A stretch of 64,000 nucleotides of DNA from Verrucomicrobiales bacterium (GTDB lineage: Bacteria; Verrucomicrobiota; Verrucomicrobiia; Verrucomicrobiales; DEV007). The stretch is from NCBI GenBank assembly GCA_965224685.1, contig CBDDAB010000016.1:6426-70425 (forward strand). Reading direction: 5' to 3'. Both the position numbers and the translations under genes were made by a program. The notes beneath the pieces are model-generated. The model searched no databases. It was given only the letters and a program-made list of their open reading frames with translations, and had not been told where the DNA came from. Of this stretch, positions 9,042 through 18,300 are shown piece by piece; within the stretch, counting starts at the first letter, position 1, and each line of letters starts with the position of its first letter.

Positions 9042-12000
9042 ATGAGCATCAAGCCCCTCCGGAAACTTCTAGTCGCCAACCGTAGCGAGATCGCGACGCG
9101 GGTCTTCCGCGCCGCCAACGAACTCGGCCTGCGCACGGTGGCCATTTACGCCCATGAAGACCGCCTCTCCATGCATCGCTTCAAGGCGGATGAATCCTAT
9201 CAGTTGAATCAAGAGAAAGGGCCGGTTGGCGCTTACCTCGACATTGAAGGCATCGTTGACTTGGCCGTGGAGAAGCAGGTGGACGCCATCCACCCGGGCT
9301 ACGGCTTCTTAGCGGAGAATGCCGAATTTGCCCGCGCGTGCGCCGAGAACGATATCATCTTTGTGGGACCGCGTCCGGAGATCATCGAGCTGATGGGCGA
9401 TAAAATGGCGGCTCGTGGCGCCGCGCAGAAGGCAGGTCTATCCACGCTTCCCGGTACGGATGATCCCATTTCCGACCGCGAGGAAGCGCTCAAGATTGCC
9501 CAGGGAATCGGGTTCCCGCTCATTATTAAGGCGGCCTTCGGAGGTGGCGGACGCGGCATGCGGGTGGTGGAGAAGCCGGAAGATTTAGGATCTATGTTAG
9601 ATGAAGCGCAGCAGGAAGCGCAGCGCGCCTTTGGTAATGACGCCGTCTTCCTCGAACGTTTCGTAGGCCGTGCCAAACACATTGAGGTTCAGGTGTTAGG
9701 CGATCAGCACGGCAATGCCATGCATTTGCACGAACGCGACTGCTCGGTACAAAGGCGGCATCAGAAGGTTGTGGAAATCGCGCCTTCGGTCGGTCTGGAT
9801 GATGCGTTGCGTAAAGAGCTTTGCCAGGCGGCGGTGACCTTGGTCAAAGGCGTGGGTTATGACAATGCGGGGACGGTCGAGTTCCTCGTCGATATGGATG
9901 CCAAGGAATGGTTCTTCATCGAGATGAACCCGCGTATTCAGGTGGAGCACACGGTCACAGAAGAAATCACGAATATCGATATCGTGCGTTCGCAGTTGAT
10001 GATTGCGCGGGGGCATCCGTTGACGGCTCCGGAACTCGAGCTTCCTCCGCAGGAAGACGTCCCGCGATCCGGTTTCGCCATTCAATGCCGGATCACCACG
10101 GAAGATCCGGAGGCGAATTTCCGGCCGGACATTGGCCAAATTCTCACTTACCGTTCGGCCGCTGGCTTAGGAGTGCGGTTAGACGGGGGCTTGGGCACGA
10201 CAGGGAGTGTGGTCACGCCGTTTTATGATTCGCTTCTGGTCAAAGTCACCACACACGGTTCTTCCTTTCCCATCGCGTTACAGCGGATGGATCGCGCGCT
10301 ACGGGAGTTCCGCATTCGTGGCGTCAAAACAAATATCCCCTTCGTAGAGAACGTCATTGCCAATGAAACCTTTCGCGCTGGACAGGCGACGACAAAACTC
10401 ATCGATACCACTCCCAGCCTCTTCCGGTTCAAACCGCGGCGTGACCGCGCGACCAAACTTCTCAATTACCTGGGCGGCGTCATCGTCAATGGAAACCCGC
10501 ACGCGAAAGGCCATACCATTGATAAACCGTTCACTGCCGCACCCGCCGTCCCTTACAATCATGCCGAAACGCCTCAGCCCGGCACCCGCCAGAAATTGTT
10601 AGATTTGGGTCCGGAGAAGTTCTGTGAGTGGATCTTGGACCAGAAACAGCTTCTGCTCACGGACACCACGTTTCGCGATGCCCATCAATCGCTCCTTGCC
10701 ACCCGCGTACGCAGTTTCGACATGCTGGCCGTGGCTGCCGCGGTGGCGAACCGGACGCCGAATCTCTTTTCCATGGAGATGTGGGGTGGCGCCACGTTTG
10801 ATTCCGCGATGCGTTTCCTCCACGAGGACCCGTGGGAACGTCTGACGGATCTGCGCGAACAGATTCCTAACATCTGTTTTCAAATGCTGTTTCGTGGATC
10901 GAATGCCGTGGGCTATTCCAATTACCCTGACAACGTGGTCGCGGGCTTTGTCAGGCAAGCCTCGGAGATGGGGATGGATATCTTCCGCATCTTCGATTCG
11001 CTCAACTACACGCCAAATTTGAAGGCGGCTATGGAGGCCGTTCGGGAAACGCCGTCCATTTGTGAGGGCACGCTGTGTTACACGGGAGATATCCTCGATC
11101 CCAAGCGGAATAAGTACACGCTCCAGTACTACGTGAACCTGGCCAAAGAGCTGGTCGAAATGGGTGCCCACATGCTTTGCATCAAGGACATGGCGGGGCT
11201 TTGCCGTCCTTACGCCGCTTATAAGTTGGTGAAAACGCTCAAGGAAGAGGTGGGCGTCCCCATTCACTTTCACACTCACGACAGCTCTGGGATCAATGCC
11301 TCGTCCATCTTGCAAGCGGCAGACGCGGGCGTTGACATCGCGGATGCGGCGATCGCCTCCATGTCAGGATCGACGAGCCAGCCCAATCTCAATTCCATCG
11401 TTGCCGCACTCAAAAACACAGACCGGGCAACGGGACTCGATCTCAACACGCTCAACGAGTACTCTGATTATTGGGAGCATGTCAGGACATTCTACGAACC
11501 TTTCGATACCTCGCCGCCATTCGGCTCCGCCGAGGTCTATCTTCATGAAATGCCCGGAGGCCAGTTCACGAATCTCAAGGAACAAGCCAATAGCATGGGT
11601 ATCGGTCATCGCTGGCCGGAGATTGCGCAGACTTACGCCGATGTGAATCAACTCTTTGGCGATATTGTGAAGGTCACACCTTCTAGCAAAGTGGTCGGTG
11701 ACCTCACGATGTTTCTTATCACGCGCGGCATCAAAGCTGAAGACGTGGCCAATCTTCCACCCGGAACGCCTTTCCCGGAATCGGTAATCGATATGCTAGC
11801 GGGTGGTCTCGGTCAACCGATGGGCGGCTGGCCCGCCGACGTGCAAGGTGTGGTGCTTGGCGACCGCGAAGCTACCACAGAGCGTCCCGGCGCCCTAGCA
11901 CCGGCCGTCGATCTGCAGGAGATTCGCGAAACAGTGAAGAAGCTCGTCAAACGGGAGCCGACCGAGAATGAGGTCTACAGCTATTTGATGTACCCCCAAG

Positions 12001-12494
12001 TCTTTGAAGAATATGTGCAATTTGTCAGAGACCACAGTGACGTCTCGGTGCTGCCAACCTCGGCTTTCTTTTATGGGCTCTGTCAGGGCGAAGAGATCCA
12101 AGTGCACATCCAGGAAGGCAAGACGCTCTTCATCAAATTCCTTCACCGCACTGCACCAAACAAAGACGGCGAACGCACGCTCATCTTTGAGCTCAATGGC
12201 GTCGCGCGTCACGTGAAAGTGCTTGATAAAAGCATTCGCACCGAGAAGAAAGCCCGCCCCAAAGCGGATACGAACAACGAGAATCACGTGGGCGCTCCCA
12301 TGCCCGGCTTAGTCGCTTCGTTAGCCGGCTCGGTCGGCCACAAGGTCGCGGAAGGCGAAGCCATCCTCACCCTTGAAGCGATGAAGATGTACACCACCAT
12401 CACCGCTCCCAAAGCAGGCGCTATTTCCGAACTCCACGTGGAGAGTGGCGATACGGTGGAAAGCGGTGATTTGTTAGTCGTGCTCTCGGAATAA
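9042..12494 (+). CDS. pyc: Pyruvate carboxylase, single-chain form (biotin carboxylase + carboxyltransferase + biotinyl carrier).
   Basis: N-terminal biotin carboxylase ATP-grasp (KLLVANRSEIATRVFRAA..., GGGGRGMRVV). Central carboxyltransferase TIM barrel (DTTFRDAHQSLLATR). C-terminal biotinylation motif EAMKM. Length 1150 aa. Confidence 0.95.
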   Translation: MSIKPLRKLLVANRSEIATRVFRAANELGLRTVAIYAHEDRLSMHRFKADESYQLNQEKGPVGAYLDIEGIVDLAVEKQVDAIHPGYGFLAENAEFARACAENDIIFVGPRPEIIELMGDKMAARGAAQKAGLSTLPGTDDPISDREEALKIAQGIGFPLIIKAAFGGGGRGMRVVEKPEDLGSMLDEAQQEAQRAFGNDAVFLERFVGRAKHIEVQVLGDQHGNAMHLHERDCSVQRRHQKVVEIAPSVGLDDALRKELCQAAVTLVKGVGYDNAGTVEFLVDMDAKEWFFIEMNPRIQVEHTVTEEITNIDIVRSQLMIARGHPLTAPELELPPQEDVPRSGFAIQCRITTEDPEANFRPDIGQILTYRSAAGLGVRLDGGLGTTGSVVTPFYDSLLVKVTTHGSSFPIALQRMDRALREFRIRGVKTNIPFVENVIANETFRAGQATTKLIDTTPSLFRFKPRRDRATKLLNYLGGVIVNGNPHAKGHTIDKPFTAAPAVPYNHAETPQPGTRQKLLDLGPEKFCEWILDQKQLLLTDTTFRDAHQSLLATRVRSFDMLAVAAAVANRTPNLFSMEMWGGATFDSAMRFLHEDPWERLTDLREQIPNICFQMLFRGSNAVGYSNYPDNVVAGFVRQASEMGMDIFRIFDSLNYTPNLKAAMEAVRETPSICEGTLCYTGDILDPKRNKYTLQYYVNLAKELVEMGAHMLCIKDMAGLCRPYAAYKLVKTLKEEVGVPIHFHTHDSSGINASSILQAADAGVDIADAAIASMSGSTSQPNLNSIVAALKNTDRATGLDLNTLNEYSDYWEHVRTFYEPFDTSPPFGSAEVYLHEMPGGQFTNLKEQANSMGIGHRWPEIAQTYADVNQLFGDIVKVTPSSKVVGDLTMFLITRGIKAEDVANLPPGTPFPESVIDMLAGGLGQPMGGWPADVQGVVLGDREATTERPGALAPAVDLQEIRETVKKLVKREPTENEVYSYLMYPQVFEEYVQFVRDHSDVSVLPTSAFFYGLCQGEEIQVHIQEGKTLFIKFLHRTAPNKDGERTLIFELNGVARHVKVLDKSIRTEKKARPKADTNNENHVGAPMPGLVASLAGSVGHKVAEGEAILTLEAMKMYTTITAPKAGAISELHVESGDTVESGDLLVVLSE

Positions 12495-12581
12495 ATCGAA
12501 AGCGATATTGAGGATTGCAGATGACGAGGTTCAGAAGAGCCACGCCGCAAGTTTTGAGGTTAAACGTCTTCAACGGTAACG

Positions 12582-12947
12582 TCACTCGACCTCGTGAACA
12601 TCGTCGAGGACGCCTCGTGGAATGCAGATGGTGAGAACCGTCATGTCCCCCACAGCTTTGTGCTTCACGCCACGTGGCACGTAGATCACGACGCCCTGGT
12701 GGACCTCGATTTCGTCGTCGTCAAGCACCAGCTTACCCTGGCCCTCGATGATGTAATAAAACTCATCTGTGCGTTTATGATAGTGTAGCTTTGCGTCCTG
12801 AATCTTGACGTAGTGGACTTCGGCTGCTGCCAGGTCTTTCTCTTCGATCAGGCAACGAATGTCTCCACACGTTTCCTTCCAAGGGGCGATATCGGCGGGG
12901 TCGCGCCTTATTGGTGTGCGCGTGTTGGTGGCGGCCATGGTTTCCAT
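12582..12947 (-). CDS. Cupin domain protein.
   Basis: 121-aa ORF with a cupin-like two-His motif region (HYHKRTDEFYYIIEGQG...GVVIYVPRGVKHKA). Confidence 0.55.
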   Translation of the reverse strand: METMAATNTRTPIRRDPADIAPWKETCGDIRCLIEEKDLAAAEVHYVKIQDAKLHYHKRTDEFYYIIEGQGKLVLDDDEIEVHQGVVIYVPRGVKHKAVGDMTVLTICIPRGVLDDVHEVE

Positions 12948-13185
12948 GAAGGGAAGCGTAGCAGGTTCGCTTGCTGTCTCGCAATCATTCCCGTGTCAGG
13001 ATGTTAAAAGGCCAGATCGAAGTGGTGGGGCATCTGATTCGAGCGTGTAGAAGAAGTCGTGAGATTACTCCTTAATTGAAGCGCCACGCCCGGAACTTTC
13101 ATAAGTTCCGCTACGAAAAGTACCCACCACTTTCAGTCACGCCCTTCCTTTTCGATCACATTGACCACATCGACTTAACCGGCGT

Positions 13186-15081
13186 TCAAGGCGCCAAGTG
13201 CTCCAATAGGATGCGCTGGATCTCCGCGATCGCTTCAGGGTGTTTGTGCACACTGTGCCATGCGGGAACCATGACTTCCGAGGCCGCCCCCTCGAGATGG
13301 GAACTTTGATAGCTCACCACACCGTCACTACTCTTGGGCGCATTGCGCAAGCCGCGATCGCCTGCGATGGTGTGATAGGTGACCCGCGCATCAATGGGAA
13401 GATCCACTAACGTACTCAGAATGGGATTATAGTATTGCAAACGCGTGATGCTGTTGGGCGCCAAATCGATCAATGAGAGGCCTGTGTCCGTAAGATCCTG
13501 CGCGATCTGTTTGAAGTCTAGGGTGAGGACATTGCCAGGGAGTTTGATGAGTTTTGAAGCCAGCCGGCCAACCCAGCCATCGGCTAAGGTGCTTCCGCGA
13601 TGAGGTACCGCGCAGAAGATGACTCTTTTGACATAGCCTTCGGGGGCGAACTGCAAGTAGCGCCGGAGTTGATCTCGCTGACCGGCGGGAATGGTCAGCT
13701 GGTCCAGCGGACGTTTGAATAGCGATGCCCAGGCGTCGCCATTCGCACGGCGAATCTGTGCACTGGAAACCAGGCCTCCCATGCTATGACCCACGAGAAC
13801 CATGCGATTGAAATTGGGGGAACGGCTGCCCGGATCATAGCGTTTGCGTACTTCCGATAGGGTTTGTCTGAGTTCGGCCGCAACGTGATAGAAAGGATAA
13901 CCGCTAGGATATTGATAGAGCCAGAACTGATAACGCTCCCGTACTTGAGGGTGGGCGAGAAGGTCATTGATCGTCTGATCCCAGGTAGCACCATTAGAAG
14001 CCAGGCCATGGATAAAGATGACTGGGATCTGATCCGGGCGATACGGTTCCAAGAAGGTAAGGCCGAGCGGCACTTCCACTTTGCCGGGGCGCAAAGTGGC
14101 CAATAAGGGCTTGTTGTTAGGATCGTCTTGCACCTGACGCGCCCAGGGTGCTGTGTAGTCCGCTGCCAGGGGAACTTCCTTGCCGCGCACACGGGTGGCG
14201 GCCCGATCACTCACGTCGTGAAACGTCAACAGGGGACGATTGTTAGGAAACGTCACCAGTGCGGACAAGGGAAAGTAGAGGCCCGGCCGCGGAAGATACG
14301 GCTCTTCTAACAGATTGGCATCACTGGCTTCACGATAGCCGATGACAGCTGCTCCGATCCCGGCTTGTTGCACACGATTCCGAAACCCGTTGACCTGCCA
14401 GTGCTGCGCTAGCGTATACGCTTCCAACCCTCGAGGCGCCTGGACCTGAATAGGACTCGTATGATGCCATTCAGGCGTCAATGTGAGCATGACCAATCGT
14501 GAGACACTCATATTGTAGAGCCGGGTGAATTCCTTGTGCGATGGTGTGAGATGGGGCAAAAGACGTCGCGCCACCATGAGATAGAGTTCGGTCGCCCTCT
14601 TGAGATCCCTTTTCTCCAGACGTTGTGCGGTGAGCAAAGCCTGTTCCGCCACCGCCCGTTTCGCATCCCCATTGCTCGGCCAGGTATCTGCGTGACTCAC
14701 CAACCGGCGCAAGGTCTCTTCCGGCTGCAATCGACCGCGCGCCGGCCCTGTCTTGGCCTTGCGCATCGTCTCCAAGGTCGCCGATGAATAAGTCACCACC
14801 GGCGCCCGGGATGGCGCGTCTTCATAAATGGCACGCCGGTGACTACACGCGGGCACAGACGCGATAACAAAGATCAATGATAGAATCCGGATCACCCAGC
14901 CATCCAGTGACAAAGTCGGGCGGTATGTCAATCGATCAAAGTGAGACTTTCCATCTAGAAGATGGACGACCAATCGATGAGAAAGAGTGAAACGAACAGT
15001 ACAGCGGGGACGAGTAGATACAGAGTCTTCAGCATCATGGAAAGTATGGCCAAGCATGAATGGCTCCGACGATCGGACCAT
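13186..15081 (-). CDS. Alpha/beta-hydrolase fold protein (putative lipase/esterase) with an N-terminal extension. Start codon uncertain.
   Basis: Nucleophile elbow VLVGHSMGGLVS (GxSxG). There is a hydrophobic signal-like stretch (ILSLIFVIASVPAC) about 60 aa into the ORF, so the true start may be downstream or a non-ATG codon. Confidence 0.6.
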   Translation of the reverse strand: MVRSSEPFMLGHTFHDAEDSVSTRPRCTVRFTLSHRLVVHLLDGKSHFDRLTYRPTLSLDGWVIRILSLIFVIASVPACSHRRAIYEDAPSRAPVVTYSSATLETMRKAKTGPARGRLQPEETLRRLVSHADTWPSNGDAKRAVAEQALLTAQRLEKRDLKRATELYLMVARRLLPHLTPSHKEFTRLYNMSVSRLVMLTLTPEWHHTSPIQVQAPRGLEAYTLAQHWQVNGFRNRVQQAGIGAAVIGYREASDANLLEEPYLPRPGLYFPLSALVTFPNNRPLLTFHDVSDRAATRVRGKEVPLAADYTAPWARQVQDDPNNKPLLATLRPGKVEVPLGLTFLEPYRPDQIPVIFIHGLASNGATWDQTINDLLAHPQVRERYQFWLYQYPSGYPFYHVAAELRQTLSEVRKRYDPGSRSPNFNRMVLVGHSMGGLVSSAQIRRANGDAWASLFKRPLDQLTIPAGQRDQLRRYLQFAPEGYVKRVIFCAVPHRGSTLADGWVGRLASKLIKLPGNVLTLDFKQIAQDLTDTGLSLIDLAPNSITRLQYYNPILSTLVDLPIDARVTYHTIAGDRGLRNAPKSSDGVVSYQSSHLEGAASEVMVPAWHSVHKHPEAIAEIQRILLEHLAP

Positions 15082-15318
15082 GGCAAGCGATTGCGCAGGT
15101 GCTTTAGAAATCGATCAGCCAGATAGACGACGATCCAGGCGATCCAGCACATTAACAGAACCGCAAGTTTCGATTCACCGTTTATCTCTCCCCAGCTAGG
15201 AAACAAATCCATGGGGCTTCCTCAAACGGTGCACGACTTGCGGCGAGACGCCGCGGCTCCGTGAATGTTAACGAACATCGCTCCCATGCCATCACCGAAT
15301 CCAACATTGCTCATCCAA

Positions 15319-18300
15319 CTAGTGCTGCTCATTTTCTAACAACACTCTCATCAGTTCTCTTTCTTGTGTCGTGAGTTTCAACGTTGTGGCGATCTCTTCG
15401 ACTGTTGTTCTGCCCATAAGTGATTGCGCTAGGGGCGTGTCATGAAAGAGGGCCAACTCCAGAGCCAGATCGCTGCTGGATCTACCAGACTGATGGACAC
15501 TTACTGCCAACACATTCTTCTTAGACAACGGTGAGGGAATTTCTAAAACCTCTTCCACGAGACGTGTTTCTTTCTCGCGATCGATGATGCTCGAAGCCGG
15601 AGTCGTCGATGTTAGGGAACCGCGCGCGGGCATGTTGTAACGCCACCACTCTTGGCCATTAAGATGGAGAACCATGCCATCATCACAGCGGAATTTCACT
15701 CGCAAGCGTGGTGGACTTTGGCTGTCATGGATCGGCCAATCGAAGTTTATCCGGAAACACGCCATCATGGGTTTGTTAGAAGCAGATTGGCCGAAGCTAA
15801 GAATCGTCGCTTCATTACCATTGCCGTAACCGAGTGGCGCGAGGCCAGTTGACCAATAAGAATCATTGAATTCCGGCTGCTCCCAATCTTTGGGTGGCCG
15901 TCGAGCGGGATCGCCATCCAAGTAGGCCCAATCCGCATCGGATGTGATCAATGGGAGGGCTTCTTCGTGGTCATCGCCTAACCATTGCGACAGCATTTCG
16001 CGCCGTTCCGGCAAAGGATTGCTACAGAGTAGGGCGGCCACGCCGGCATCACGGTAGCGATTCGCCAGGGCTCTTTCGCCCTCTTCTCCAATGCGCTCGG
16101 CAATGAGGAGCGCCACCTCGCCGTGCATGGTCCAATTCCGCGGGCCTGCTGCGACTTCAATCATGGCTTCGCGAGGATTGTCTGAGGTCAGCGCCCTAAG
16201 AACGCTCAAAAATCGAGAGCGTTTATTAGGATAAGTTTTCAAAGCATCGTCGATTATTGCCTGTTTGTTAGCAGGGTAAGCGCTACGGATGCGGTTGATG
16301 GCTTCGTCACAAGCACGGCTCTGCTCCACATCCTGCCCAAAGAGCTTGGACGCTTCTCGATACGCCGCAACGGCTCTCACATGCCAACCCACCTTTTCTA
16401 AGAAACCGGCACAAGCGTGCCAGCATAGGGGATCCTCCGGCCGTGCCAGAAGGGTCGGTGCCAGAGCAAGCAAGGCGCGGCGGTCTTCACCCATCGCTGC
16501 GAGAATGGTGGCATAGGCTAACTGAACTTCCAAATCATCGGGAGCCATCTTGCGGGCGCGTTCAGCGAGAAACTTTCCGAACTGACGGGAACTGACATTG
16601 GCATGATCAGGCGTGGCCAGAGCCACGGCGTAGGCAGCCATGATACCGGCATCGTGTGGGCGATGCCGAAGCGCCTCATGCAGACTCTTCCGGCTTCCCT
16701 CCTTAACCAATTGACTAACATACTGCGTAATGGTCAGATCACTGAAAGGTGAATTCGTGCGCGTGTCCGGATCGGCCGCCAGCCACTGCATCCATCGAAT
16801 CTCCGGCGAATCAGGCTCCAGTGCCAGGATGTGACGACGGCTCTGCTCCAATAGCCCGGCCGGCACTTGTTCGAGCACACCGGCTTCGGTGAATCGGAAT
16901 CCTCCCAAGGCCTCGGCAAAGTCAACAAACTCGTTAGGCAAAGGGTCACTGGGTATCACCAAATCTCTTACATAAGCGCCGTCATACCAGGTGCCTGTGA
17001 CGAAGCGTTGCCCAGTGGAGTCGAAGGCCGCGCTACGAACGTCGGAACCATGCGGCAGAAAGCTTGTTAGAGGCTGACCTTCCTCAAGATCCCATACTCG
17101 AGCACTTCGCGAACCCATCAAGCAGGCTGATGCATCAGGCCTCAGGGCAAAAGCATAGCACATGCTGCCATGCTTCAGAGGTTTGGTCAGCATTTGACTC
17201 GTACGCGGGTCCCACACCCGAGCGGTGTCATCGTGAGAACCCGTGGTGACAAGTTTTCCCGAGTTGACCCACGACAGCATGAGCCCAGCAGAGTTCGAGT
17301 CAATGTGCCGAAGCGGTTCGCCTAGCTGTCGGCCGGTTTCCACCTCCCATAGAAAAGCGGCATTGCTTCGGCCACCGCTGGCCAGGATCTTACCATTGGC
17401 ACTAAAGGCGAGATGAGTGACTTTTTTCTCATTTGGCAACAAGGGACTGAGCGATGGTTGCTTTGTTAGCCGCCAAAGTCTCGCCATGCCATCAATCGAG
17501 CCGCTGGCCAGGGTGTGATCGTCTGGTGACCATGATAGAGTGCTCACTTCAGATTCGTGCATGGCCTGAAGTCCTCGCGATTGGCCTGTTTCGAAATCCC
17601 GGAGTTCGACGGAACCGTCCTCGTATCCCACGGCCACGACCGTGGTGCGCCGATCAAGAGCCAGCGCCGTCACCGGAGCGCGAAGATCGTCGATGGGGTC
17701 CCGAACCTGGGTGCCCGTCATCGTTGACCACACGCGTAGGGCCCCATCTTTACAGCCCGTTACCAAGGTTTCGCCATCATCCGAGACCGCCGCAGCCACA
17801 GGCTCGCCTTCGATGTAAGTCCGCCCTAGCATACTCTGCAAATAGCGATCCTCGTAATAAAAATGATGGTGAAGCCCGTTCCGTAGCGAATGAGGTATGC
17901 CACTGAGTCCAGCCACTTTGTTAGGGCCGTAGGCTTCAGGATCTGAAAGCGGCTCACCAGTTTTTGAGTTCCAGCGTTGTGTGAGTCCGCCATAGGCCGT
18001 GGTGAGCACACTATCGGAATCCCCATCAAAATTCACACGCCACAAGATCTCCTTCGTGCGAATGTGGATCGGCTGTTGAGCGCGAGGTTTGATCTCCCAT
18101 ACCGCTGCCTCATCGTGCCGTGAAGATATGATCAGTTGATTTCCTGAGGGATGGATGGCGGTGATCTGCGCCCCTCTCGGATGGTAGATCGATGTTAGTG
18201 GTTCGGCCGTCCACGCATCCAAGAGGAGGACGGCACTGTCTCCCAACTCGCTAATGGCGGAAGCCACGGCACATTTGGTTCCATCAGCACTGAAAATCAC

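Noticed and set aside
9069-12550. Numerous 60-240-aa ORFs on the minus strand and in alternative plus frames inside pyc (for example 9299-9682, 10599-11315).
   Set aside because: They are antisense or overlapping to a strongly supported 1150-aa pyruvate carboxylase gene. The high-GC third-position bias generates long spurious antisense ORFs. None has motifs.
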